Shown: positions 29,315 through 38,378 of the stretch, in pieces
How the letters are laid out: every line of letters begins with the position of its first letter
How positions within the stretch are numbered: position 1 is the stretch's first letter
Translations under genes and position numbers: made by a program
The notes under the pieces: model-generated
Seen by the model: only the letters and a program-made list of their open reading frames with translations
What the model was told of the DNA's origin: nothing
The model's database searches: none
Assembly: GCA_000496215.1 (NCBI GenBank)
Contig: KI543202.1
Location: 1 to 38,378, forward strand
DNA length: 38,378 nt
Source of the DNA: an uncultured archaeon A07HN63
GTDB lineage: Archaea > Halobacteriota > Halobacteria > Halobacteriales > Haloferacaceae
Direction: 5' to 3'

Positions 29315-31486
29315 ATGAACCCGAAGCGGGAGCTCTCCAGCATCGACCTCGCCGCCCTCGTCACGGAGATGGGTCGCTACGAAGGCGCGAAGGTCGATAA
29401 GGCGTATCTCTACGGTGACGACCTGCTCCGACTCAAGCTCCGGGATTTCGACCGCGGGCGGATCGAATGCATGATCGAGGTCGGCGAGGTGAAACGCGCC
29501 CACATGGCCGACCCGGAGCACGTCGCTGACGCCCCGGGGCGACCGCCGAACTTCGCCAAGATGCTGCGCAACCGGCTCAGCGGGGCGGACTTCGTTGGCG
29601 TCTCCCAGTACGAGTTCGACCGCATCCTCGTCTTCGAGTTCGAGCGACCCGACGCCACCACCACCATCGTCGCCGAGCTCTTCGGCGAGGGCAACATCGC
29701 CGTTCGCGACGAAGCCGGCGAGGTCATCCAGAGCCTCCAGACGGTCCGCCTCAAATCCCGGACTGTCGCAGCCGGCGCACAGTACGAGTTTCCCGACTCC
29801 CGGATCAACCCGCTTGCGGTCGGCTACGACGCCTTCGTCAGCGAGATGGACGAGTCGACGAGCGACGTGGTGCGGACGCTCGCCACGCAACTCAACCTTG
29901 GCGGGCTCTACGCCGAGGAGGTCTGCACCCGCGCTGGCGTCGAGAAGGAAACCGCCATCGAGGCTGCCACCGACGACGAGTACCGGGCCATCTTCGACGC
30001 GCTCGACGAGCTGGCGACCCGCGTTGCCGACGGCGATTTCGACCCCCGAATCTACCTCGACGACGACCGCGTGGTCGACGTGACGCCGTTCCCGCTGGCC
30101 GAACGCGAGGCGTCGGACCTCGATCAAGAGCCGTACGACGAGTTCACCGCCGCCGTCGACGACTACTTCCACCGGTTCGACCGCTCCGACGACGAGAGCG
30201 ATAGCTCCGAGCCGGACGACGGCAAGCCGGATTTCGAGGCCGAGATCGCCAAGCAGCAACGGATTATCGAGCAACAGGAGGGAGCCATCGAGGGCTTCGA
30301 ACAGCAGGCCGACGAGGAGCGCGCGAAAGCCGAGGCCCTCTACGAGCAGTACGACCGCGTCGACGAGATTCTGACGACGATTCAGGACGCCCGCGACGAC
30401 GGCGTGCCGTGGGCGGAGATCGACGAGACACTACAGGCGGCCGCCGACGCGGGCCGGCCGGCCGCCGAGGCCGTCGTCGATATCGACGGCTCCGAGGGGA
30501 CGGTCACGGTCGATATCGGTGACACGCGCGCGACGCTGGATGCAACCATCGGCGTCGAGAAGAACGCCGACCAGCTCTATCAGGAGGCCAAACGCGTCGA
30601 AGAGAAAAAGGAGGGCGCGCTGGCCGCCATCGAGGAAACCCGCGAGGAACTGGAAGCGGTCAGGGCTCGCCGCGACGCGTGGGAAGCCGACGACGGCGAC
30701 GAGAGCGATAGCGAGGGCCAGAGCAACGGCGACAGCAGCGAGGCCGACGACAGCGACGACGCGTTCGCCGATACCGACTGGCTCGCGCGGTCGTCGATCC
30801 CGATCAAGCGCGACGAGGGCTGGTACGAGCGGTTCCGGTGGTTCCACACGACCGACGACTTCCTCGTCATCGGCGGCCGCAACGCCGATCAGAACGAGGA
30901 ACTCGTCAAGAAATACATGGACGGCGGTGACCGCTTCTTCCACGCCGAGGCCCACGGTGGCCCGGTGACACTGCTGAAAGCGACCGGGCCGAGCGAACCC
31001 GCCGAGGAGGTTGACTTCCCCGAGGACACGCTCCGGCAGGCCGCCCAGTTCGCCGTCTCGCATTCCTCGGTCTGGAAGGCCGGCCAGTATGCCGGCGACG
31101 TGTACATGGTCGAGCCGGATCAGGTCTCGAAAACGCCGGAAAGCGGCGAGTACATCGAGAAGGGAAGCTTCGTGATCCGGGGCGACCGCACCTACTTCAA
31201 CGACCTCGCCGTCGACCTCGCGGTCGGCATCCAGTGTGCGCCACAGACCCGCGTCGTCGGCGGTCCGACCACCGCAGTCGCCGAGCACGCCGCGACGCAT
31301 ATCCAGCTGCAGCCCGGCAAGTACGCCCAAAACGATATGGGGAAACGCTGCTACCGGGAACTGAAATCCCGCTTTGCCGACGAGAGCTTCGTGCGGTCGG
31401 TCGCCAGCCCCGACCTGATTCAGGAACACCTGCCGGCTGGCGGCAGCGAACACCGAGTGAGGTGGCATGGTGACGGTACCAACTGA
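29315..31486 (+). CDS. rqcH: Ribosome quality-control protein RqcH (NFACT/Rqc2 family)
   Basis: LSSIDL, FAKMLRNRL, DRIL, ELFGEGN, coiled coil, WYERFRWF, IGGRNADQNE, KTPESGEYIEKGSFVIRG. Confidence 0.93.
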   Translation: MNPKRELSSIDLAALVTEMGRYEGAKVDKAYLYGDDLLRLKLRDFDRGRIECMIEVGEVKRAHMADPEHVADAPGRPPNFAKMLRNRLSGADFVGVSQYEFDRILVFEFERPDATTTIVAELFGEGNIAVRDEAGEVIQSLQTVRLKSRTVAAGAQYEFPDSRINPLAVGYDAFVSEMDESTSDVVRTLATQLNLGGLYAEEVCTRAGVEKETAIEAATDDEYRAIFDALDELATRVADGDFDPRIYLDDDRVVDVTPFPLAEREASDLDQEPYDEFTAAVDDYFHRFDRSDDESDSSEPDDGKPDFEAEIAKQQRIIEQQEGAIEGFEQQADEERAKAEALYEQYDRVDEILTTIQDARDDGVPWAEIDETLQAAADAGRPAAEAVVDIDGSEGTVTVDIGDTRATLDATIGVEKNADQLYQEAKRVEEKKEGALAAIEETREELEAVRARRDAWEADDGDESDSEGQSNGDSSEADDSDDAFADTDWLARSSIPIKRDEGWYERFRWFHTTDDFLVIGGRNADQNEELVKKYMDGGDRFFHAEAHGGPVTLLKATGPSEPAEEVDFPEDTLRQAAQFAVSHSSVWKAGQYAGDVYMVEPDQVSKTPESGEYIEKGSFVIRGDRTYFNDLAVDLAVGIQCAPQTRVVGGPTTAVAEHAATHIQLQPGKYAQNDMGKRCYRELKSRFADESFVRSVASPDLIQEHLPAGGSEHRVRWHGDGTN

Positions 31487-31528
31487 GGTGTCATGGTGAC
31501 GGCACCGACTGAGGTGTCACGGTGACGG
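31458..31528. repeat. About 2.7 copies of a 26-bp tandem repeat overlapping the rqcH 3' end
   Basis: tgaggtggcatggtgacggtaccaac / tgaggtgtcatggtgacggcaccgac / tgaggtgtcacggtgacgg. Confidence 0.85.
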
Positions 31529-31579
31529 AGCATCGCGTGACGCGCAAGTATAAACATCGAGACAGCGTTAGTACAGATA

Positions 31580-32899
31580 ATGCTGAGTGAGGCCCTCCGA
31601 CTGCCGTACCGGGCCGCCGATTCGACGGGAACGCTGCTCGTGGGAGCGGGGCTCACAGGGCTCACCGGGATCGCTATCGGCGGCTGGCTCGTGGGACTGC
31701 TGTTCGTTCCCGTGGCGGGCGCGGTAGCGACGCCGATTGTGTTTCTGTTCACACTTGTCGTTCGGGGGTATCTGCTGCGCGTCGTTGCGGCCGGGATTAC
31801 CGAGACGACAGCGGCGCCGTCGTTCGTCCGCTGGGGATCACTGCTGCGGACCGGAATCAAATCGGTGATAGTGTCGGGTTTCTACGCGCTTCCGGGGGTC
31901 GCACTCGGTGGCCTCACCGCTGGCGCGGCCGGCCTGATACTGCTCTCGCCGCCGTGGTTTGGGCGGATTCCGGCAGCCATCGCGGCGGCGGCTATCGTAA
32001 TCGGCGGGTTCGGCCTGCTGTGGTACGCGTTCGTCTATCTCTATCTCCGCGGGGCCGCGCGGGCGATGCTGGCCGCGACCGGATCGCTACGGTCGGCGCT
32101 CGGCGTGCGACGGGTGCTCGGGGTCGCGTGGTCGGGCTCGTATCTCGGCGGCTGGCTCGTGGCGATGGGGATGCTGCTGCTCGTTCCGGTCGTCGTGGTC
32201 CCAGCGCTCGTGATCTCTGTTGGTGCCGCGTACGTCGATGCGGCACTGACCGTCATCGGCGTGCTGGCAACCGGTGTGTTGGGGATTGTGCTGTGGTTCT
32301 CGGTAGGGATGTCGGCGGCGTGGGCGACGGGCAACGGTGCGGCCCCGGAGCTCCCGACAGCCGGATCGCTGGCCATCAGCGACGGCACAGCGCTGGCTGT
32401 GCCGCCTGCGGCAGCCGGCAACACCGCGCTACCGGACCGCAAGTCGGAGGCCCCGCCGGGAGTGCAGACCGGCCGCTCGGTGAACCGGTCGTCAGCAGGT
32501 GGAGGGGAAACCACAGTCACCACCGACGGCGACAGCACTGAAATCGAGTTTGGGATGCCGGAGCCGACACCGCCGGAGGGGCCACAGTCTACCGCATCGG
32601 AAGCCGATCCCGACGCCGACTCGACGGACGAAACCGATGGCTCGGCTGGCGACGAGAAAATGACGGTCAACGACAGCAACACCTACAGGAGGCCAAGATC
32701 GGCAGCCGAACCAGCGGCGACGGACGAACCCCCGGCGGACGATGAGTCACCGGCAACTGACGACGCAGCATCGACTGCCGAATCGGAGCGTCCCGACGAC
32801 AGGGATACTGACGAACCGGAGGACGACGACAAGGATACTGACGAACCGAAGGACGACGACGAGGAACCCTTCGAGTGGGGCGTGGAAGCGGACGAATAG
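31580..32899 (+). CDS. DUF4013-like multi-TM protein with a long acidic disordered tail
   Basis: MLSEALRLPY...GYLLRV...PSFVRWGSLLRTG; D/E/P/T-rich C-terminus with a 30-bp repeat at 32795-32854. Confidence 0.72.
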   Translation: MLSEALRLPYRAADSTGTLLVGAGLTGLTGIAIGGWLVGLLFVPVAGAVATPIVFLFTLVVRGYLLRVVAAGITETTAAPSFVRWGSLLRTGIKSVIVSGFYALPGVALGGLTAGAAGLILLSPPWFGRIPAAIAAAAIVIGGFGLLWYAFVYLYLRGAARAMLAATGSLRSALGVRRVLGVAWSGSYLGGWLVAMGMLLLVPVVVVPALVISVGAAYVDAALTVIGVLATGVLGIVLWFSVGMSAAWATGNGAAPELPTAGSLAISDGTALAVPPAAAGNTALPDRKSEAPPGVQTGRSVNRSSAGGGETTVTTDGDSTEIEFGMPEPTPPEGPQSTASEADPDADSTDETDGSAGDEKMTVNDSNTYRRPRSAAEPAATDEPPADDESPATDDAASTAESERPDDRDTDEPEDDDKDTDEPKDDDEEPFEWGVEADE

Positions 32900-32919
32900 T
32901 GGTATCCGGGTGAGCGGTA

Positions 32920-33459
32920 TCAGGAGATCTGCGCGGCGATATCGGCCTCGGTGATGATGCCGACCGTTGCGCCGCCGTCGGTGATCATCACCGCCTTGTA
33001 ATGTTCCAACAGATTTCGGATCTCGTCGACCGTCGCATCCCGGCTGACCGTCGGGAACGACTCGCTCATGACCTCGCTGACCGGGTGGTCGCTCACGTCC
33101 TCGCCGGCCTGAATCACGTCGCTCTGGCTGATCGAGCCGACCGGCACGCCGTTCTGCAGGACAGGCAGTTGCGAGTAGGCCTCGGCCTCCATCGTGTCGA
33201 CGGCCGCGCCGACGGCGTCGTCGGGGGCGACGCTGATCACCTCGTCGTGCATCAGATCGCCCGCGCGGACGACCTCGCTTTCGGCCGCGTCGAGGGCCTC
33301 GACGATCTCCCGAAGCGTCGAGAGCCGTGGGTCCACGTCGCCGCCCTCGATACGAGCGATCAGGGGCTGTGAGACGCCGGCCGCCTCGGCGAGCGAACTC
33401 TGGGTCAGCTCGAGGGCGGTGCGGCGTTCCTTGAGATCCTGTGGCGTCGGTAGGTCCAT
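32920..33459 (-). CDS. XRE-HTH plus CBS-pair transcriptional regulator
   Basis: LTQSSLAEAAGVSQPLIARIEGG; CBS motifs YSQLPV and VGIITEAD. Confidence 0.92.
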   Translation of the reverse strand: MDLPTPQDLKERRTALELTQSSLAEAAGVSQPLIARIEGGDVDPRLSTLREIVEALDAAESEVVRAGDLMHDEVISVAPDDAVGAAVDTMEAEAYSQLPVLQNGVPVGSISQSDVIQAGEDVSDHPVSEVMSESFPTVSRDATVDEIRNLLEHYKAVMITDGGATVGIITEADIAAQIS

Positions 33460-33546
33460 ACCCGGTGTATTACCACAAGTTATTGAAAAGCTTTCGGCGG
33501 CGGCGACGGTCGCTGGCGGTGCCGGCAGCGATGGCTCCAGCGGCGA

Positions 33547-33933
33547 CTACGCGTCGCCGTCAGCGTCAGCGCCGACGGCCTCGTCGTCGTCGGGCTCTTC
33601 GATCACGTCGATCACGGTCAGCGGCACGTCCTTGAGCGCGCCGCCGACCTCGCTTTTGGCGATGCGGGAGGCGTGTTCGACGCTGTCGGCGTTGAAGACA
33701 TCGATTTCGAGCAGCAGGCCGACCAGCGCGGTGTCGGCGGCGATGAACGCGGAGTCGAAGGGCTCGCCGCAGGCCGGACAGCCCGTCACCCCGACCTCGA
33801 CGTCGACGTACTCCTTGTCCTGCTCGTTGAGCCGCTTGCCGGCGGAGCTGACGGCGACGCCGATGGCGTCGTCGACGTCTTCGACATCACGAACCAACCA
33901 GGCCGCTTCCATGGCGACGAGATAGTTGCTCAT
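33547..33933 (-). CDS. UPF0212/DUF555 family protein
   Basis: DDAIGVAVS, CPACG, TALVGL, HASRIAKSEVG. Confidence 0.85.
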   Translation of the reverse strand: MSNYLVAMEAAWLVRDVEDVDDAIGVAVSSAGKRLNEQDKEYVDVEVGVTGCPACGEPFDSAFIAADTALVGLLLEIDVFNADSVEHASRIAKSEVGGALKDVPLTVIDVIEEPDDDEAVGADADGDA

Positions 33934-34234
33934 ACCCCCATCTCGGGCCCGAGGGTTTCGTGTCTTGTGATTCGCCCGCGCCGCGGTAACAGCGCGTTCG
34001 GCCCGGGAACGGCGGATATACAGGCTCAGATAGGCGCATGTCTGTCGTTAGTTCGCTGTAAGTTATGGCTATATTGCCTGTGAGCCACGCCGTTTAGCTC
34101 GGTCACAACGACTGTCGAGACGGGCGCTCGCGCTCAACCTCGATCCGATCAAAACCGCATGACAGCGTCGATGTGCCCGGTTCTCGGCGCCGGGAAGATT
34201 TATATACGGTCACTTACGACGAGTGAGTACGGCT

Positions 34235-34399
34235 ATGCTCTCAACCGCTTCGCGGGCAACCACGTTCGTGCTGTATCAACTGACGGTGCTGCTCGGCATC
34301 GTCCTGCTGCCGGTCGCACTCGCCGCCCGTCGGGTTGGACTTCGGCTCCCGGTGGACAGCGTCATCGACCGGATGGAAGCCGTCCAGCCCGTGGAATAA
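34235..34399 (+). CDS. Small (54 aa) membrane protein, not in the ORF track
   Basis: MLSTASRATTFVLYQLTVLLGIVLLPVALAARRVGLRLPVDSVIDRMEAVQPVE; TTTATATA at 34198-34205. Confidence 0.72.
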   Translation: MLSTASRATTFVLYQLTVLLGIVLLPVALAARRVGLRLPVDSVIDRMEAVQPVE

Positions 34400-34882
34400 C
34401 TACGCCTCGTTTTCCCAGTAGTCGACGTTCGCATCCTGCTCGTAGTAGCCCTCCAGATCGCGTTCCTCGCGGCCGCCGGGCGGCGACCCGACGTAGACGC
34501 CGAACTTCTCGGAGTCCGGGTAGACAGTCACGTCCGGCTCGGTCATCGTCGACACCATGAGATACCGGAGCCGGCCATCCGAGTCGTTGATCACGCGATG
34601 GCCGCCCGAGGAATCGGCCGGGAAATTGAGGTAGTCACCCTCGCTGATCGCGGCTTCCTCGCCGTCACAGCGTACAGTCCCCTCGCCAGTCAGCACGAAC
34701 AGCGCTTCCTCGTTGGCCGTGTGGTAGTGGTAGGGCCACGACCGCTTGCCGGCCGGGATCTCGTAGAGACTGCAGCCGAGCTGGTCGCCACCGGCTGCCG
34801 CGCCGACCTCCTTGCGTCTGAATTCCGTCTCGCCGTTCTCGGTCGTCGACCACTCCATCTCGGTTGTATCGGCGTGTCGCAT
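34400..34882 (-). CDS. Cupin domain protein
   Basis: WPYHYHTANEEALFVLTGEG...GHRVIN metal-binding cupin motifs. Confidence 0.9.
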   Translation of the reverse strand: MRHADTTEMEWSTTENGETEFRRKEVGAAAGGDQLGCSLYEIPAGKRSWPYHYHTANEEALFVLTGEGTVRCDGEEAAISEGDYLNFPADSSGGHRVINDSDGRLRYLMVSTMTEPDVTVYPDSEKFGVYVGSPPGGREERDLEGYYEQDANVDYWENEA

Positions 34883-34995
34883 ACCGGCTGTTCACCCGGT
34901 CGTCAGGAAGGCGTTTCGGCCGGACGCGTCCCCCGACTTCCGGCGAGGGTTGCCGAATGGTTGCATTTATCCGCTCGCCGACCCAATCACTGACA

Positions 34996-35727
34996 ATGCG
35001 AACTCCGACAAGCGGTTTTGCCGATGAGTTGGGTCAGCTCGATGGCGACGACAGCAACGTCTTCGGGCCGGAACTCGGCGAGTTCAGCGACAATGAACAG
35101 GCTGCCGAGTCGGCTGCCGACGACGCCGGGATGAAGACAGGTACGACGACGGTCGGCCTCAAGACCGACGAGGGTGTCGTCCTCGCCACCGACATGCGAG
35201 CGAGTCTGGGCAACATGGTCTCCAGCAAGGATGTCCAGAAGGTCGAGGAGATCCACCCGACGGGCGCGCTCACCATCGCGGGCTCGGTCTCGGCCGCCCA
35301 GAACCTGATTAGCTCGCTGCAGGCCGAGGTGCGGCTCTACGAGGCCCGCCGCGGCGAGGACATGAGCATGCAGGCGCTGTCGACGCTGACCGGGAACTTC
35401 CTGCGCTCGGGGGCGTTCCTCATCGTCAGCCCGATCCTCGGCGGCGTCGACGACGAGGGCAGCCACATCTACTCCATCGACGCGCTGGGCGGGACAACCG
35501 AGGAGGAGTACACCGTCACCGGCTCCGGCAGTCAGTTCGCCCTCGGTGTGCTCGAACAGCACTACGAGGACGACCTCTCGCTTGAGGAGGCCGAATCCGT
35601 CGCCGCCCGCGCGATCAAGAGCGCGGTCGAGCGCGACCTCGCCTCCGGCAACGGGATCAACGTCGCCGTCGTCACCGAGGACGGCGTCGATGTCGACAAG
35701 TACAAAGATATCGACCAGTTGCTGTAG
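34996..35727 (+). CDS. psmB: 20S proteasome beta subunit with propeptide
   Basis: KTG^TTTVGL, ATDMRAS, GSGS, RDLASGNG; ATG 34996. Confidence 0.96.
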   Translation: MRTPTSGFADELGQLDGDDSNVFGPELGEFSDNEQAAESAADDAGMKTGTTTVGLKTDEGVVLATDMRASLGNMVSSKDVQKVEEIHPTGALTIAGSVSAAQNLISSLQAEVRLYEARRGEDMSMQALSTLTGNFLRSGAFLIVSPILGGVDDEGSHIYSIDALGGTTEEEYTVTGSGSQFALGVLEQHYEDDLSLEEAESVAARAIKSAVERDLASGNGINVAVVTEDGVDVDKYKDIDQLL

Positions 35728-35860
35728 ACGCCGCGGGCACATTTCTTCGCTCGTTCGCGTCGGTAGCGATAGCTAACCCGGAGGTCATTGATATCGCCAC
35801 CGCGTTTTGGCGCCGCTGGTGGCAAGGCGTTTCTTTACCCCACGAGCGAACTAGTCAGCA

Positions 35861-36127
35861 ATGAGTATCGTCGACCGATTGCGGCGGCTCCGCGAGAACG
35901 TGTTCGCACAGGCTCCACACCAACGACTCTCGCGGGCCCTCGTCAAGACACTCGGCTACCGTGCCCTCATGATCGTTATCACGGTTCTCGTCGCCTTTGG
36001 TGTCACCGGCAACACCGGTGAGGCACTCAGTATCGGTCTCGTCGCCAACGTCGTCAAAACGGGGACCTACTACGGGTACGAACGCCTCTGGGATCGGATC
36101 TCGTGGGGGATGGCATCGGCCGAGTGA
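35861..36127 (+). CDS. DUF2061-like small membrane protein
   Basis: RALVKTLGYR...YYGYERLWDRISWG. Confidence 0.8.
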   Translation: MSIVDRLRRLRENVFAQAPHQRLSRALVKTLGYRALMIVITVLVAFGVTGNTGEALSIGLVANVVKTGTYYGYERLWDRISWGMASAE

Positions 36128-36220
36128 GCGACCGGGTGGGACGGAATAGGGTATGTGTGACGGTCGGCCGGAGACCACAAGAGACGGACCCGAATTGCCA
36201 CTTGATAGCTGGAAGAGACG

Positions 36221-37092
36221 GCGTGTCATAGAAAGCTTGGCACGCCCTATCTATCCATATATTGTCAGGAGTCGCGTGCAAGATACAGAGAAAATATCTA
36301 TGGCTCATATTCTATATCTTCCATAATATCTAACTTTTTCATTGCTTCGTCAATTTGGTTTCCTACACTAATCACTTCTTGAGCAGTCTGTTCGTAGTCA
36401 CGAGGGCTGAAGTTAGACTCGTAGGGATAGAGAAGGCCGGACACTGTCACGCCGTTCCAGATATCGGTTTCCGGTTCCTCTGGGTGTTGTTCATACAGGT
36501 TGCGGATTCGACAACCTGTATGTGTTGCTAGCCCCATAATGTCCGTTTCAACATTCTTTGCTTCTTCATCATCAACGTCCTGTATCACGCGTAGTGCAAC
36601 GTGTTGATCCAAATTGTCATCTCTAATGTGCTCTTCATCTGTTCCATCTATATCAAACTCTTCCATGTGCTTTTGACGTTGCTCCATATCTTGACCATAC
36701 GCTTCAAGAATCTGTTCAAAAAGCGAGAACTGATATGTGATAGTAAAAAATCGATTGGTTGGTTGTGCATTAAAATCTAATATAGTGCCATCTCTATTTA
36801 TCCGGAAATGCACACCTGATCTATCCCCTCGTTGTGTTTTAATGAAATCCGCTGCGCTGAGAACATATGATAGAACTTGGCCTACTGCATCGTAGTACTC
36901 GTCTGCTGCCATATCTTAGTGGTGACTGTATATGACAAGAATCATTCGGTGATGACTGGTACTCTACCGATTTCAATGATCGATACACGCCCTCCATCTT
37001 GCATACCAGTACAAATACCATACCAATCTGGTGGGTATCTCACTACTCAATCTATATGTCTACCTTCGGTTGAAAATAATTCTATGACACGC
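36221..37092. mobile_element. Candidate gene cassette bounded by 13-bp inverted repeats
   Basis: GCGTGTCATAGAA (36221-36233) and TTCTATGACACGC (37080-37092) enclose an AT-rich segment with one ORF. Confidence 0.45.
36298..36912 (-). CDS. Hypothetical acidic protein with AT-rich codon usage
   Basis: 204-aa uninterrupted ORF in AT-rich DNA; D/E-rich; no motif recognised. Confidence 0.75.
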   Translation of the reverse strand: MAADEYYDAVGQVLSYVLSAADFIKTQRGDRSGVHFRINRDGTILDFNAQPTNRFFTITYQFSLFEQILEAYGQDMEQRQKHMEEFDIDGTDEEHIRDDNLDQHVALRVIQDVDDEEAKNVETDIMGLATHTGCRIRNLYEQHPEEPETDIWNGVTVSGLLYPYESNFSPRDYEQTAQEVISVGNQIDEAMKKLDIMEDIEYEP

Positions 37093-37197
37093 TGTGGAGA
37101 TGCTTTGCGAGGTACTGAATGTTACTGATAGGGCGACACCGGCAACCTCACGCACCACAATCCCAGAAACAACAACTACCATATGACACGCTCGTCA

Positions 37198-38154
37198 TCA
37201 ATATGTATCTTCTAAGACAGTGGTACCATCAGCCGTCCGAATGATGACTGTGTCGCCACCATTGTTCCAAATCGGCGAGCCAGACCTCTGGTAGAGGTCG
37301 GTGTCGGTATTACTCTCACTACCGGTTCGGACGGTGACCGTCGCTTGAGGATCTATGATGGTGCCCGCCGGGAATGTATAGCTGTGATCTGCTGCATCTT
37401 CAAGTACCCACCCACTGATATCGAGTGGCTGCTCACCGCTATTCTGGAAGGTGACGTACTCGTCGTTGAGGTTCTCTCTTTCGTTGCCTTCGGCATCAGC
37501 ATTGATTTCCGTGATTTCGAAGCTCGTTGCTGATCCATCATCGGAGGTCGTTTCCTCATCACTGCTATCGGTACCCTCACCAACGTCGTTGACGGTGAGC
37601 GAGATGGTCCCCGAGAGGTCGTTAATTGAGGTGAGGTCAGTTGTGGCACTGCCGCCACCGGTATCGACTGTGACGACCGTGTAGAACGTCTCAGTGGCCG
37701 GTGCGGTGAACGAGGCTGTGGTTCCTTCCTCGGTCACGGTCCCGACAGACGTACCGGTGCTGTCGTAGATTTCGAACTTCAGGTTATCCTCGCCGTTTGT
37801 AGTCGCACCAGTATACTCGACGTTGATCTGGTGTTGTTCGGCGTCCTTATTTTCGATTTTGAATGCGTTCGATGTTGACGGAGCGGCCGGATTCCCGAGT
37901 TCGAAGGTGGCGTTCGGGTTCGCGCCGCCTGCGGTGCCACCTTCGAGGTCAATGCCAAGCTGTTCGGTGCTGCCGTCCTGCGAGACGAGGTTTCCGGAGT
38001 TCCCGTCGATCAGGGCGAGTAGCCCTTGATTATCTGCGACGACATCAACACTTGCTGTTCGCTCGACGGTCGCCGCAGTGAATGCGGACGCGCCGACCGA
38101 GACCGTGCCGACGAGTAGTAAGCTCGCTATCAGGACCGTAACGAACTTTCCCAT
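37198..38154 (-). CDS. Secreted protein: surface-protein-like N domain plus C-terminal lamin tail domain (LTD)
   Basis: Signal peptide ending ASA^FTAA; acidic S/T linker; LTD motifs ITEIN...NDEYVTFQN...LDISGW.LED...YTFP...IWNNGGD. Confidence 0.82.
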   Translation of the reverse strand: MGKFVTVLIASLLLVGTVSVGASAFTAATVERTASVDVVADNQGLLALIDGNSGNLVSQDGSTEQLGIDLEGGTAGGANPNATFELGNPAAPSTSNAFKIENKDAEQHQINVEYTGATTNGEDNLKFEIYDSTGTSVGTVTEEGTTASFTAPATETFYTVVTVDTGGGSATTDLTSINDLSGTISLTVNDVGEGTDSSDEETTSDDGSATSFEITEINADAEGNERENLNDEYVTFQNSGEQPLDISGWVLEDAADHSYTFPAGTIIDPQATVTVRTGSESNTDTDLYQRSGSPIWNNGGDTVIIRTADGTTVLEDTY

Positions 38155-38378
38155 ATAATGAAATATACCCGCTATTCACATATATACAAAAGCTAACTAA
38201 CAGGTTTGCACACCACTTACCGGAGTGTAAGCACCCACTGCTTTCTGAGCGAAGACGAGCGAAGCGGACACATTCTGTACAGCACTTCCCGAAAGTACAT
38301 CTTCAATGGCTCTCCACTGTTTTCGGTAAAAGCAAGCTACTGACTTCTGTATCTTGCACATGACTCCGGACGATAGTT

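Noticed and set aside
31458-31528. 26-bp repeats as a mini-CRISPR
   Set aside because: Head-to-tail with no spacers.
32795-32854. 30-bp duplication in the DUF4013-like tail
   Set aside because: Ordinary in-frame duplication in a disordered acidic tail.

Overview
A GC-rich haloarchaeal (class Halobacteria) chromosomal segment, judged from acidic proteins, archaeal TFE, aCPSF1, PsmB, PoK/PPS and an archaellin. It is mostly core genes: tfe cluster, CinA-like, NAD kinase-like, PhoU regulator, nitrilase, HVO_0758-type zinc finger, aCPSF1/FttA, aspS, pantoate kinase and phosphopantothenate synthetase, Xi-class GST, thi4 and thiR, dcd, pth2, RecJ-like, rqcH and psmB. Notable points: (1) a 480-aa LAGLIDADG intein with an extra XRE-type HTH in dCTP deaminase; (2) a 10-bp motif TATGACACGC found four times, always intergenic near AT-rich patches, with two copies forming a 13-bp inverted repeat around an AT-rich orphan gene (candidate gene cassette); (3) an orphan, frameshifted archaellin; (4) several small ORFs, uORFs, tandem repeats, candidate operators and structured leaders missing from the ORF track. 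Three apparent single-base deletions suggest pseudogenes or sequencing errors. No rRNA, tRNA, CRISPR array or transposase was recognised. All family calls are from motif recognition by eye, without database searches.
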